Positions 28,190 through 41,199 of a DNA stretch of 64,000 nt are shown here, in pieces (position 1 is the first letter of the stretch; the number at the start of each line of letters is the position of its first letter). Made by a program: the position numbers and the translations under genes. Source of the stretch: Bacteroidales bacterium (GTDB taxonomy: Bacteria; Bacteroidota; Bacteroidia; Bacteroidales; FEN-979); NCBI GenBank assembly GCA_963682005.1, contig OY820914.1, forward strand, positions 4,644,979-4,708,978, given 5' to 3'. The notes under the pieces are model-generated. The model saw only the letters and a program-made list of their open reading frames with translations, did no database searches and had not been told where the DNA came from.

Positions 28190-30712
28190 ATGGTATTTTT
28201 CATACGACGGTTTGCATTGTTCATTTTCCTTTTACCTGTGCTCCATTCCTATGGACAGGAATCTTTCTCCATCAGCGGCCGGGTGATTGATTACAAGACC
28301 AGGGAGCCCCTTGCTTTTGTAAACATCATCATCAACGGGAACAACAGGGCGGGTGGAACGACTGATATCGACGGGAAATTCCGGCTTGAATCCATCCAAA
28401 AGATAAGGACCCTCAATTTATCATACGTCGGGTATCAGCCGCTGGAATACAAGATCGTTTCAAAGACCCTGAACCTGGTTATCCCGATGACCCCCACAGA
28501 AGTGGAGCTTAAAGAGGTAGAGATCCTGCCGGGAAGAAATCCCGCCCACAGGATCATTCAAAATGCAATCGACAACAGGGATGTCAATGACCCGGAAAAG
28601 CTCAATTCGTTCTCATACACTTCCTATGATAAGACAATTTTTACCATCGACGCAGATACATTGCTGGATAAGGAGTTCATAAAAGACAGCCTGGGTCAGA
28701 AAGGAGAACCTGCCGTGGAAGTCACGTTCTCATCGGGTGCTTCAAAATCGGATTCGACGATGCAGGATACGACGAAAAAAGACTCGACGGACTTTTTCAT
28801 CCAGAAACTGATCAATGAACAATATCTTTTCCTGATGGAAAATGTGACCAAAAGGAAGTTCCTTGCGCCCGACAGGAATTACAACCAGGTGATTGCAACA
28901 AAAATGTCAGGATTTAAAGATCCGATCTTTGTATTCCTCACAACCCAGATCCAGTCATTTTCCTTCTATAAACCGTTCATCACCATATTCCAGAAGACCT
29001 ATGTGAATCCGATCAGCGGGGGCAGCCTGAACAAATACTTCTTCAAACTGGAGGATACGACCTATTCCGGGAAAGATACGATTTTCATCATCCAATTCCG
29101 GCCACGGAAAGGAACCAACTTCGATGGAATGAAGGGTGTAATCTCGATCAACAGCAACAAATGGGGGATCCAGAATGTCATTGCTGAACCTTTTGAGAAT
29201 CCCGGCGGATTCACCATCCGGATCCAGCAGATGTACAAACTGATCGACAGCAGCTATTGGTTCCCGGTTCAGTTGAATACGGATGTCCAGTTCAATAACC
29301 TCAGGATCGGGAAATACAGGGCTGTCGGGAGCGGCCGGAGCTACATCCGCGATATTGTGCTCAATCCCGACCTTGTTCGCCGGGAGTTCAACCATCTCGA
29401 TATTGAAGTGGATAAGGATGCTACGGCAAGGAAAGATGAATTCTGGAACCAGTACCGGGTCGATACATTATCGTCCAAGGACCGGAAAACGTATGAGGTG
29501 CTCGACAGCATTGGAAAGGCCAATAATTTCGACAAAATGGCCAAAACCTTTCAAACACTCCTGACAGGAAAGATCCCCTGGAAGATATTTGACATCGATC
29601 TTAACCGGATCGTCAATTACAATACGTATGAAGGGTTTGTCCTTGGAGCAGGATTACATACGAATGACCGGCTTCTTTCATGGTTCAGGATCGGGGGATT
29701 TTACCAGTATGCATTTGCCGTTTCAACATCCAAATATGGCGGTGATGTGAGCTTCCTGCTCAACCGGCGGAACGATGTCTCCTTCCAGGGAGGGTACTCG
29801 TATGATCTTACGGAATCAGGAGGAACAAAGTTCTTTGACGGTAAAGAATCGATTCTTTCCGGGAACTGGCGCGAGCTGATGATCAGGAAACTTGATCGCA
29901 CCGAAAATGCCAATGCTTCCTTGACATTCAGGCTGCGGAAATACCTCCTGCTGAATTTCGGATTGTCGCGTTCTGATAAAAAGTCGACCACCAATGACCT
30001 GACAATTTTCGAACCCGACACATCAACGACGAACTTCTTTCGGTTCACCGAACTCACAGCAGGATTCAAATGGGCTTACAATGAGAAGTTCATACAGACC
30101 GTCGACAACAAGATCTCGCTGGGTACCGATTTCCCCGTTGTCTGGGTACAGTATTCCAGGGGCATGAAAGGATTCATCAACGGAGAGTACGAATACAACA
30201 AGATCGACCTGAAGATCCGGAAGACGTTCATGATCAAATACCTTGGGAAGCTCACTTTCCAGGTGAATGCCGGGTATGTTGATCAGCCAATCCCAGCCAG
30301 TAACCTCTATTATGGTCCGGCAAGCTACAGGATATTCACGTTCTTTGCGCCCAACAGTTTTGCAACCATGAGGATGAATGAATTCCTGTCGAGCAAATAT
30401 GCCTCCATCTTCATCTACCATGATTTTGAAAAGCTGCTTTACAAAGGAAAGAAATGGTTCCATCCTGAATTTGCCTTGTCGCAGAATATCGGCTTCGGAT
30501 GGCTGGACCACCCCGAACAATACCGGGATATTTCGATTCAGCCAAGGGAGATGAACCTCGGGTATTATGAATCGGGGTTGCTGATAAATAATCTCGTGAA
30601 TCTGAAGATCTATTCGGTAGGACTCGGCTGCTTTTACCGCTGGGGCCCCTATACCTATACCTATGCCGGTGACAATTTTGCGGCCAAATTATCTGTGATA
30701 TTTCCCTTCTGA
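28190..30712 (+). CDS. Carboxypeptidase-regulatory-like domain plus DUF5686-family outer-membrane-associated protein
   Basis: 840 aa. Signal peptide, then ISGRVIDYKTREPLAFVNIIINGNNRAGGTTDIDGKFRL (CarbopepD_reg-like). The long C-terminal region ends in an aromatic residue (SVIFPF), which suggests a beta-barrel. Confidence 0.7.
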   Translation: MVFFIRRFALFIFLLPVLHSYGQESFSISGRVIDYKTREPLAFVNIIINGNNRAGGTTDIDGKFRLESIQKIRTLNLSYVGYQPLEYKIVSKTLNLVIPMTPTEVELKEVEILPGRNPAHRIIQNAIDNRDVNDPEKLNSFSYTSYDKTIFTIDADTLLDKEFIKDSLGQKGEPAVEVTFSSGASKSDSTMQDTTKKDSTDFFIQKLINEQYLFLMENVTKRKFLAPDRNYNQVIATKMSGFKDPIFVFLTTQIQSFSFYKPFITIFQKTYVNPISGGSLNKYFFKLEDTTYSGKDTIFIIQFRPRKGTNFDGMKGVISINSNKWGIQNVIAEPFENPGGFTIRIQQMYKLIDSSYWFPVQLNTDVQFNNLRIGKYRAVGSGRSYIRDIVLNPDLVRREFNHLDIEVDKDATARKDEFWNQYRVDTLSSKDRKTYEVLDSIGKANNFDKMAKTFQTLLTGKIPWKIFDIDLNRIVNYNTYEGFVLGAGLHTNDRLLSWFRIGGFYQYAFAVSTSKYGGDVSFLLNRRNDVSFQGGYSYDLTESGGTKFFDGKESILSGNWRELMIRKLDRTENANASLTFRLRKYLLLNFGLSRSDKKSTTNDLTIFEPDTSTTNFFRFTELTAGFKWAYNEKFIQTVDNKISLGTDFPVVWVQYSRGMKGFINGEYEYNKIDLKIRKTFMIKYLGKLTFQVNAGYVDQPIPASNLYYGPASYRIFTFFAPNSFATMRMNEFLSSKYASIFIYHDFEKLLYKGKKWFHPEFALSQNIGFGWLDHPEQYRDISIQPREMNLGYYESGLLINNLVNLKIYSVGLGCFYRWGPYTYTYAGDNFAAKLSVIFPF

Positions 30713-30747
30713 TCCTGGTGTTGAACTTACCTGCCCTGAATATTTAG

Positions 30748-30755
30748 TATATTTG
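30748..30755 (+). promoter_or_regulatory. Candidate Bacteroidota -7 promoter box (TAnnTTTG)
   Basis: TATATTTG lies about 100 nt upstream of the ATG at 30855. This is a motif match only. Confidence 0.3.
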
Positions 30756-30854
30756 TAAAAGGAAAAGAATCAAACTACCTCACCTCTCAGCCCCTTATCC
30801 GATTCGGGTGGGGAATGGGGTCAGGTAATTTAAGTGTTTGCCAACAAACCATGC

Positions 30855-31958
30855 ATGACCACATTTTACAATAAACACAGGCTTTTCTTTATTATCGTTA
30901 CAATCCTTGTGATCGGGTTCCTGGCATGGTATTTCTCGAATATTGTTGTATTCATCCTGATCGCTGTGGTCATTTCAATCCTCGGCCAACCCCTGGTCAA
31001 CCTGATGGAAAAGGCCAGGTTCCGGAATCTGAAACTCCCCAGGGCATTCACAGCCTTTACAGCTTTGCTGATCATTGTCAGCATCGTCGCCGGGTTCATC
31101 AGTTTCTTTATTCCACTGGCTGTCAAGGAAGCCACGCTGATTTCAAACCTCGACATGGCGTCCCTCCTTGATCATTACAAGGATTCGATCAACGAGCTGC
31201 AGGAGCAATTGATGAAGTTTGGTGTTCTGCCGGAAAATACAACACTGGGAACCTTTCTTTCACGGGAAATTAAATCCTTCCTAAGTGTTGTGACCTTTTC
31301 GAATATGCTGGGAAATATACTGGCAATAACAGGAACCTTCTTTTTTGATGTTTTTTCTGTTTTGTTCCTGGCCTATTTTTTCCTTTATGATGAGAATCTT
31401 TTCATGAATATTTTACTGGCCATCGTTCCTGAAAAATACAATGACCAGACCCGTAATGTCACGGCCAAAAGCAAGCTGTTGCTGACACGGTATTTCATGG
31501 GACTTGTGGCGGATGTGATCATGATGATCATTTCCTATATCATTGGACTCACCATTGTAGGGGTGAAAGGAGCAGTAGTAATAGGCATTTTCGGGGGCAT
31601 TGTAAACATCATACCTTACATCGGGCCCATTATTGCGACTGTAACAGGTGTGCTGCTTGGTGCAACAAGTGTGATCGCAGCGGGTGATTATGTTGCGTTC
31701 TGGCCGCTTGTCATCAAGATCCTGATCGTATTTTCAACCGTTATATTGCTGGATAATATCCTCTATATCCCATTCATTTACGGGAAAAGCGTTAAAGCGC
31801 ACCCCGTGGAGATCTTCATCGTGATCATTGCCGCTGCAAGCATTGGCGGCATCATCGGGATGATCATCGCCGTGCCGGTTTACACTTTGTTGAGGATCAT
31901 TGCAAAGGAGTTCCTGAGCCAGTTCAGGCTGGTGCAGAAGATGACGGACAGATTGTAA
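30855..31958 (+). CDS. AI-2E family transporter (PerM/UPF0118)
   Basis: Polytopic membrane protein of about 367 aa with the typical architecture of this family. I prefer the ATG at 30855 over the GTG at 30834. Confidence 0.8.
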   Translation: MTTFYNKHRLFFIIVTILVIGFLAWYFSNIVVFILIAVVISILGQPLVNLMEKARFRNLKLPRAFTAFTALLIIVSIVAGFISFFIPLAVKEATLISNLDMASLLDHYKDSINELQEQLMKFGVLPENTTLGTFLSREIKSFLSVVTFSNMLGNILAITGTFFFDVFSVLFLAYFFLYDENLFMNILLAIVPEKYNDQTRNVTAKSKLLLTRYFMGLVADVIMMIISYIIGLTIVGVKGAVVIGIFGGIVNIIPYIGPIIATVTGVLLGATSVIAAGDYVAFWPLVIKILIVFSTVILLDNILYIPFIYGKSVKAHPVEIFIVIIAAASIGGIIGMIIAVPVYTLLRIIAKEFLSQFRLVQKMTDRL

Positions 31959-32098
31959 TGAGGTAATGAGATAATGAGATAATGAGATAATGAGATAATG
32001 AGATAGTGAGATAGTATGACTGCGACTTGGTGACTTGATGACTTGATGACCTTATGACCTTGTGACCTGGTGACCTGGTGACCTGGTGACTTGGTGAC
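31955..32098. repeat. Tandem 8-bp repeat, 18 units, drifting from GTAATGAG/ATAATGAG to CTGGTGAC
   Basis: Read directly in a perfect 8-bp register. The array starts inside the stop codon of 30855..31958. Confidence 0.95.
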
Positions 32099-32137
32099 GG
32101 TATGAAGGAAAAGTATTAATTTTAAAAATGACGAATT

Positions 32138-32383
32138 ATGGCTAAGTCTGGAACAAAATTGATTGCCGCCGGGATTTTCGGACTGGCAGTCGGGGTTGCG
32201 GTGGGGGTAATGTTCGCGCCGTGCAAAGGATCTAAAACCCGGAAAAAGATCAAAAAATCGATCAGGACACTTACCGATGAAATGGGGGGCAGCCTGTCAG
32301 ATAAATTCGAAACGATCAAGTCTATTTTCAGTGGGACCGGGGACAAGGTGGAGGAAACCCCGGCCGGCGATGACAGGACCTGA
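32138..32383 (+). CDS. YtxH-domain protein
   Basis: 81 aa. The N-terminal TM GIFGLAVGVAVGVMFAP followed by KGSKTRKKIKK is the typical YtxH pattern. Confidence 0.7.
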   Translation: MAKSGTKLIAAGIFGLAVGVAVGVMFAPCKGSKTRKKIKKSIRTLTDEMGGSLSDKFETIKSIFSGTGDKVEETPAGDDRT

Positions 32384-32456
32384 GATGACCCGAATGGAAG
32401 GTTCATTATTTCATAGTTAAATTACCGTATTTTTAAATCCTAATATCAAAACAGAC

Positions 32457-32819
32457 ATGGAATCAGGAAAATTTTCTGAAAATATTTCGGACCTAAACGA
32501 AAATGTCCGGGAGTACATCAGGCTCAGGACAGACTTATTAAAACTGACGATAACGGAGAAAATGTCGTTCCTTGGGTCATTCTTCATCGTCTCCATCATT
32601 TTTTTCATCCTTTTCCTTTTTATTCTCACCTTCTTTTCCCTGGCATTCATACTTTGGTTTGGCCATTATATCGGGGCAGCCTTTGTCGGGGCACTTATTG
32701 TAGCAGGAGTTTATATTCTGATCGCAATTCTTGCATATTTCATGCGGAACAAATTATTCATTAACCCGCTGGTAACCCAGATATCAAAAATTCTGATGGA
32801 GGACGAAGATGAAAAGTAA
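32457..32819 (+). CDS. Small two-TM membrane protein (Holin-X / phage-holin-family-like annotation class)
   Basis: 120 aa with two long hydrophobic segments. It follows YtxH, as is common in Bacteroidota. Confidence 0.45.
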   Translation: MESGKFSENISDLNENVREYIRLRTDLLKLTITEKMSFLGSFFIVSIIFFILFLFILTFFSLAFILWFGHYIGAAFVGALIVAGVYILIAILAYFMRNKLFINPLVTQISKILMEDEDEK

Positions 32820-33153
32820 GACGAAAAGGACCTATAAGGTGGGAAAAATCCAGTCGCTCGACGATCTGAAACTGGAAAAAGCAAAGCTTGAACTGGAGAT
32901 CGTCAGAAAAGAGGATGAGATAAAAATCAATTACCGCCACATTGTCGATGCGTTCACACTCAGGAATTTGTTCCAGACTGTTTCACAGGATATTGCGGCC
33001 TCCTCAACCATCATCACGAAAGTCGTTGAAGCCGGAAGGAACATCTTCAAACGGAAGAAAAAAAAGAAAAAGGAGCGCCAGGATGCGATGACCCAGGCAA
33101 CTGTTCAACCCATTGAAAAACCTGCCGGAACAGATGAAATTGCCGGGGAATAA
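32809..33153 (+). CDS. Hypothetical coiled-coil protein with a lysine-rich tract
   Basis: 114-aa ORF that overlaps the upstream stop by 11 nt. No motif recognised. Confidence 0.4.
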   Translation: MKSKTKRTYKVGKIQSLDDLKLEKAKLELEIVRKEDEIKINYRHIVDAFTLRNLFQTVSQDIAASSTIITKVVEAGRNIFKRKKKKKKERQDAMTQATVQPIEKPAGTDEIAGE

Positions 33154-34186
33154 TTCATCAACGGTCAAGGCACCTTCCGGAGCATTGCGTTTCAAGAGAA
33201 TCGTCAACCTTATAAAGGTAGTGGCCGGTTATTTATTTTCCAGGTTCATCCTTGAGGTTAAGCACTGGGGTAAGCCAGTCAGCGTTTCCATAGAACCAAC
33301 GAATCATTGCAACTTACGTTGTCCTGAATGCCCCACCGGGATGAGAACTCTCAAAAGGCCCTCCGGATCGATGAACCTGGAGCAGTTTAAAATGATCATT
33401 GATCAGTTGTCCCCGGAACTGCATTACCTGACCTTCTATTTCCAGGGAGAACCTTACATGAATCCGCAATTCCACGACATGATAAGGTATGCAAAGGAAA
33501 AGCAGATTTATGTTGCTACTTCAACAAATGGTCATTTTCTTACCACTGAATCTGCACTGCAAACCATTTCTTCAGGTCTTGACAAACTCATTATTTCCCT
33601 TGACGGAACTGATGAGGAGAGTTATGCTGCATACCGTGTCGGCGGATCATTTAAAAAGGTCATGGACGGGATCGGTGAGATCGTGAGGCTGAAAGACAGG
33701 GACTGGGTAAAGCACCCGCTCATAGAACTTCAATTCATTGTCCTGAAAACAAACCAGCACCAGGTTGAAGATTTCCTTAAACTTAAGGAAGAACTTGGCG
33801 TTGATAAAGTCACTGTGAAAACCGCCCAGCATTATGATCTTTCACTCAGCAATCCGCGGATCACTGATCTTCCCAAATATTCCCGCTATCATAAGACAGT
33901 AAAAGGAAGGGCAAAGATCCCCCAGTACGGCATAAAGAACAAAATGCCCGATCATTGCTTCCGGATGTGGAGTTCCTGTGTGATCACATGGGATGGCACA
34001 GTTGTTCCCTGCTGCTATGACAAGGATGCAGAACATCCCCTTGGCAACCTTAATGAAACACCTTTCATGGAGATATGGAAGGGTGCGGCAGCCCGGGCCT
34101 TTCGCCGTGAAATCATGGTGGAAAGAAAGGGTACAGAAATCTGTACGAATTGTCCGGAAGGAATGGGATTCACTTATTATTTCTGA
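33134..34186 (+). CDS. Radical SAM / SPASM-domain enzyme with N-terminal membrane anchor
   Basis: CNLRCPECPTG is the CxxxCxxC cluster. The C-terminal Cys-rich CVITWDGTVVPCCYD...CTNCPEG is SPASM/twitch-like. I prefer the ATG at 33134 over the TTG at 33113. Confidence 0.85.
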   Translation: MKLPGNNSSTVKAPSGALRFKRIVNLIKVVAGYLFSRFILEVKHWGKPVSVSIEPTNHCNLRCPECPTGMRTLKRPSGSMNLEQFKMIIDQLSPELHYLTFYFQGEPYMNPQFHDMIRYAKEKQIYVATSTNGHFLTTESALQTISSGLDKLIISLDGTDEESYAAYRVGGSFKKVMDGIGEIVRLKDRDWVKHPLIELQFIVLKTNQHQVEDFLKLKEELGVDKVTVKTAQHYDLSLSNPRITDLPKYSRYHKTVKGRAKIPQYGIKNKMPDHCFRMWSSCVITWDGTVVPCCYDKDAEHPLGNLNETPFMEIWKGAAARAFRREIMVERKGTEICTNCPEGMGFTYYF

Positions 34187-34207
34187 TTTTATTGAACCTG
34201 TCTGTTT

Positions 34208-37042
34208 ATGCGAAAAGGAATTTTACGTTTGCACTTTTTATTGATCCTTGTCATAGTTGCATTCGGATCGATGAATGTTCATGGATCAACTCCTGAACCT
34301 GCTACTGGCGGGCTTTCCGAGGCTGAACCGGGCCAATTCCGGCTGAAGAATGAGAAAGTAACCCTTACAGTGGTGATGAAGGAGAACCGACTTTCCGGTG
34401 ATACGATCCAGGGGAATCCTGCCTGGTTCAGGAAATACAATTGTCCCGTTTTCAGCATATCCTCCGATGCCGATTTCGGTCTTGACTTCACCTGGACGGA
34501 CTGGCAGGCTCCCAATAAAATCGAGAATGCCGACAACCCGGTTACCTTCAGTAATAACGACCTTGTCATTACAACCAGCGAAGTAAGAAACTTTCCAGGT
34601 GGCGGGGGAGAGATCAGCCTTAGCGGGCGTATCTCCGGGACACCGCTTCTGGTCACCCTCACCTATCATCTCAACCCGGATGCATTTTACTATAAAAGGA
34701 AGATCGCCGTAAAGGATACAATTTTCGGACATCATTTTCTTAACCGGATCATTGCCAGAAGGTCTATCTGCATGGCCACATCCAATTCGGTTGAAGGAAA
34801 AACCACAACGCTCAATCCAGTCGTGGCGCATGCCGGGTTATTCGGCCAGCCTGTTGCCATCCAGTTCCAGCCTTCGGGAAGTTCATTTTACGGAATCGAA
34901 TATCCTGCGGGGGTAAACACGATAGAAGTCGCCCCTTCCGGTGCATTTTATGCACAATGTTCGCAGGACTTTGGAATGAAGGTAGGCAGGGTTCCTGTCG
35001 AAAGCGAATGGGTCGTAGTCTCGGTTATTCCTGCATCTGCGGCCAGAAACTGGTTTTTCAGCTACCTTGATGATATCCGGGTAGCGCCCGCCAAACCCTA
35101 TACCTTGTACAATAGCTGGTATGACCTTCGCTCGCCTGAATATCCTGGCGTTCAACCCGATCACGTGATGAATGAAAAGAACAGCTTTGAGATCATCCGT
35201 CTTTTCAGGAAGAACATGATCGAAAAACATAAGATCCAACTGGATGCATTTGTGTTGGATGACGGATGGGATTATTATGACAGCGACTGGGTTTTGCGTA
35301 AGGAAACGTTCCCGAATGGATTAAAGCCCATTGCAGACACACTGAAAAAGATGGGAACAAACCTTGGCATCTGGTTCGGCCCCACCGGAGGCTACTCTTT
35401 CAGGATGAAAAGGGTCAGCTGGATGAAACAGCACGGATACGAAGTTGTCGGCGAGACGCGTGATAACGCGATGCTTTGCCTGGCAGGGAAGAATTATTCA
35501 CAGCTGTTTGAGAAGCGGGTGACAGATATGGTAAGGAATGACGGGATGGCCTATTTCAAATGGGACGGGATCCAGTTTTCCTGCAGTGAGCCTGACCATG
35601 GGCATTCCACGGGTATCTATTCACGAAGAGCAGTACTGGAATCCGTAATTGACAAATGCAAAGCCGTACGTACCGTTAACCCGGATGTTTACCTCAATAT
35701 TACATCGGGTACATGGCTCAGCCCCTGGTGGGTGAAATACGCCAACCAGATCTGGATGCAGGGTGAGGATTACGGGTATGCAAATGTGCCTTCCATAACA
35801 CAACGCGATGCAGCGATCACCTACAAAGATTTTGTGCTTTATGATAATTTCGTCAGCAACGACCGGTGGTTCCCGATATCCAACCTGATGACGCACGGGA
35901 TCATCAAAGGAAAGCTGGAGCGTCTTGGCGGGGAAGATGATCCGCTCGACAAGTTCACCAATGATGTGGTATTCTACCTTGCACGGGGGATTTCGATGTA
36001 TGAACTGTACATCTCGCCTGACCTGCTGAATGAAGGGGAATGGAATGCCATCGGATCTGCCATAAACTGGGCGAAAGACCGCTATGGTCTGTTATCAAGA
36101 ACCTGCATGACCGGAGGAAATCCGATGAACAGGGAGCCATACGGATACATTCATTCAACAGGGAAGCATGCCATCATTGCACTGAGGAACCCAACTATAA
36201 CCCAGGGTGCTTTGTCTGTTGCTCTTTCGGAGGAAAACGGTTTCGACACTGCAAACGATACACTGGTCCTTGAAAAGATCTATCCCTACCATTTCGTATC
36301 ACCTATCCTTTATCACCCGCTTGAAAACATGGAGATCTCTCTTGAAGGATTTGAAACAGCCATTTACGAGGTTTATCCGCTCAGAGAAGCAAAAGTGCCA
36401 CTGCTGGCCGGGGCAAAATTCAATGTCACCAACAGCACCGGTAATTCGTTTGATTTTACAATGTACGGATCACAGGATGAGATCAAGATCCTTAACCCCG
36501 AAGTCCTTAAAGATGACAGCCCTGATGCAATTGTAAGCCTGATGGGATCCGTTAACGACCGGGGAACACAGGTACTGATAAAATCCGTTGAAAAGCCGGT
36601 CATTAAAACCAATGGGAAGGAAGCAATTCTTAAAACGAGGTTCTCCTTTGATCCATCATTAAAAGATGCAACATTCGCTGTTCTTCTTCAGCCTGACAAG
36701 GGTTACGAAGAAACGGAATTCCCCGATTTCAACTTTTTTCTTGAAGGAAAGGAGGTCAACGCTTCCGTAGAAAAGGAAAAAGGACTCTGGGCCTGGGAAA
36801 AGACAATACTCAGCCATTCCTCCAAAGAACTCACGGCGAAAATCACGAATGGAGGAAAAGCGGCATCCTGGAAAGGGAAAGCCATGGTTTACCTGGTTTG
36901 CAGGCAGGTGGAGAATGGCAAAGACCTCCAGGTAAAAATAAAGGGAAATTTAGTCCCACATCCCATACTCCCGCTTCCGTTTGAGAAAGGAATTTTTGAG
37001 AAGACGATCTTATTGGGAGAGGTTGAGGTGGTCGTTAAGTGA
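34208..37042 (+). CDS. Large secreted glycoside hydrolase, clan GH-D-like (alpha-galactosidase / alpha-N-acetylgalactosaminidase-type TIM barrel)
   Basis: 944 aa with a signal peptide. FVLDDGWDYYD and the YFKWDG nucleophile-type motif are characteristic of the GH27/36 superfamily. Family assignment is uncertain. Confidence 0.5.
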   Translation: MRKGILRLHFLLILVIVAFGSMNVHGSTPEPATGGLSEAEPGQFRLKNEKVTLTVVMKENRLSGDTIQGNPAWFRKYNCPVFSISSDADFGLDFTWTDWQAPNKIENADNPVTFSNNDLVITTSEVRNFPGGGGEISLSGRISGTPLLVTLTYHLNPDAFYYKRKIAVKDTIFGHHFLNRIIARRSICMATSNSVEGKTTTLNPVVAHAGLFGQPVAIQFQPSGSSFYGIEYPAGVNTIEVAPSGAFYAQCSQDFGMKVGRVPVESEWVVVSVIPASAARNWFFSYLDDIRVAPAKPYTLYNSWYDLRSPEYPGVQPDHVMNEKNSFEIIRLFRKNMIEKHKIQLDAFVLDDGWDYYDSDWVLRKETFPNGLKPIADTLKKMGTNLGIWFGPTGGYSFRMKRVSWMKQHGYEVVGETRDNAMLCLAGKNYSQLFEKRVTDMVRNDGMAYFKWDGIQFSCSEPDHGHSTGIYSRRAVLESVIDKCKAVRTVNPDVYLNITSGTWLSPWWVKYANQIWMQGEDYGYANVPSITQRDAAITYKDFVLYDNFVSNDRWFPISNLMTHGIIKGKLERLGGEDDPLDKFTNDVVFYLARGISMYELYISPDLLNEGEWNAIGSAINWAKDRYGLLSRTCMTGGNPMNREPYGYIHSTGKHAIIALRNPTITQGALSVALSEENGFDTANDTLVLEKIYPYHFVSPILYHPLENMEISLEGFETAIYEVYPLREAKVPLLAGAKFNVTNSTGNSFDFTMYGSQDEIKILNPEVLKDDSPDAIVSLMGSVNDRGTQVLIKSVEKPVIKTNGKEAILKTRFSFDPSLKDATFAVLLQPDKGYEETEFPDFNFFLEGKEVNASVEKEKGLWAWEKTILSHSSKELTAKITNGGKAASWKGKAMVYLVCRQVENGKDLQVKIKGNLVPHPILPLPFEKGIFEKTILLGEVEVVVK

Positions 37043-37059
37043 TCAGGTTACAGGGTCAT

Positions 37060-37091
37060 AAGGTTTGAAGGTATGAAGGTTTGAAGGCTTG
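37060..37091. repeat. Tandem 8-bp repeat AAGGTTTG x4
   Basis: Read directly. Confidence 0.85.
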
Positions 37092-37125
37092 AATATCCTG
37101 GGTGAAGCAATGTCAAAGGATGAAT

Positions 37126-37153
37126 CGTAATTCGTAATCCGTAATTCGTAATT
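37126..37153. repeat. Tandem 7-bp repeat CGTAATT x4, ending exactly at the cutC ATG
   Basis: Read directly. The same unit recurs at 54255-54294. Confidence 0.9.
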
Positions 37154-37903
37154 ATGTTAATCGAGGTTTGTGTCAATTCAGCAATATCAGCAATTGAAGC
37201 ACAGAAAGGCGGAGCCGGTCGTGTAGAACTCTGTGAGAATATGCATGAAGGAGGCACCACGCCCAGTGCAGGTATGATCGGATTTGCCAGGAACCACCTT
37301 ACCATTTCCCTTTTCGTAATGATCCGTCCGCGGGGTGGAGATTTTCTTTACTCAGATGCTGAATTCGCGATCATGAAAGAGGATATTCATGCTGCAAGGG
37401 AACTTGGTGCTGATGGTGTGGTTTTCGGGATCCTGAAACCGGATGGGATGATCGATGTGGAACGGATGGGACAGTTGGTTCAAATCGCCCGGCCTATGGG
37501 AATCACTTGCCATCGCGCCTTTGACATGACTTCTGATCCGTTCAATGCCATGGAAGACCTGATCAGCCTTGGGATAGACCGTATACTGACCTCGGGCCAG
37601 CAGAAAACCGCTTCCGAAGGTGCCACGTTGATCAGGGAACTGATAAACCGGGCTCAAAACCGGATCATCATCATGCCCGGCAGCGGTGTAAAAGAGCATA
37701 ACATCATCGAGGTGATCCGCAACACAGGCGCAAAGGAGGTCCATATCCATCTTGACAGGAAGAAATCAAGCGGGATGATCTGTAAACAACCTTCCGTTTA
37801 TATGGGTAAACCCGGCTCCTCTGAATATGAGCACGATGTTACGGATTGGGAAAGGATCAAACGGGCAAAAGAACTTTTATTTAATTATGAATTAGGAGTT
37901 TGA
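37154..37903 (+). CDS. cutC: CutC-family protein (copper homeostasis protein CutC annotation class)
   Basis: 249 aa. LIEVCVNSAISAIEAQKGGAGRVELC and the TIM-barrel pattern are typical of CutC. Confidence 0.85.
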   Translation: MLIEVCVNSAISAIEAQKGGAGRVELCENMHEGGTTPSAGMIGFARNHLTISLFVMIRPRGGDFLYSDAEFAIMKEDIHAARELGADGVVFGILKPDGMIDVERMGQLVQIARPMGITCHRAFDMTSDPFNAMEDLISLGIDRILTSGQQKTASEGATLIRELINRAQNRIIIMPGSGVKEHNIIEVIRNTGAKEVHIHLDRKKSSGMICKQPSVYMGKPGSSEYEHDVTDWERIKRAKELLFNYELGV

Positions 37904-37926
37904 ATTATGAATTATGACTTTAATAA

Positions 37927-41198
<3,272 letters not shown>

Positions 41199-41199
<1 letters not shown>

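Noticed and set aside
32457-32819. The holin-like small membrane protein as evidence for a prophage
   Set aside because: There are no phage structural, lysis or integrase genes nearby. As far as I recall, the YtxH/holin-like/coiled-coil trio is a common chromosomal arrangement in Bacteroidota.
37154-37903. Taking the CutC annotation as evidence for a copper-resistance locus
   Set aside because: There are no copper transporters, chaperones or regulators nearby, and the gene is embedded in a glycoside hydrolase/kinase block.
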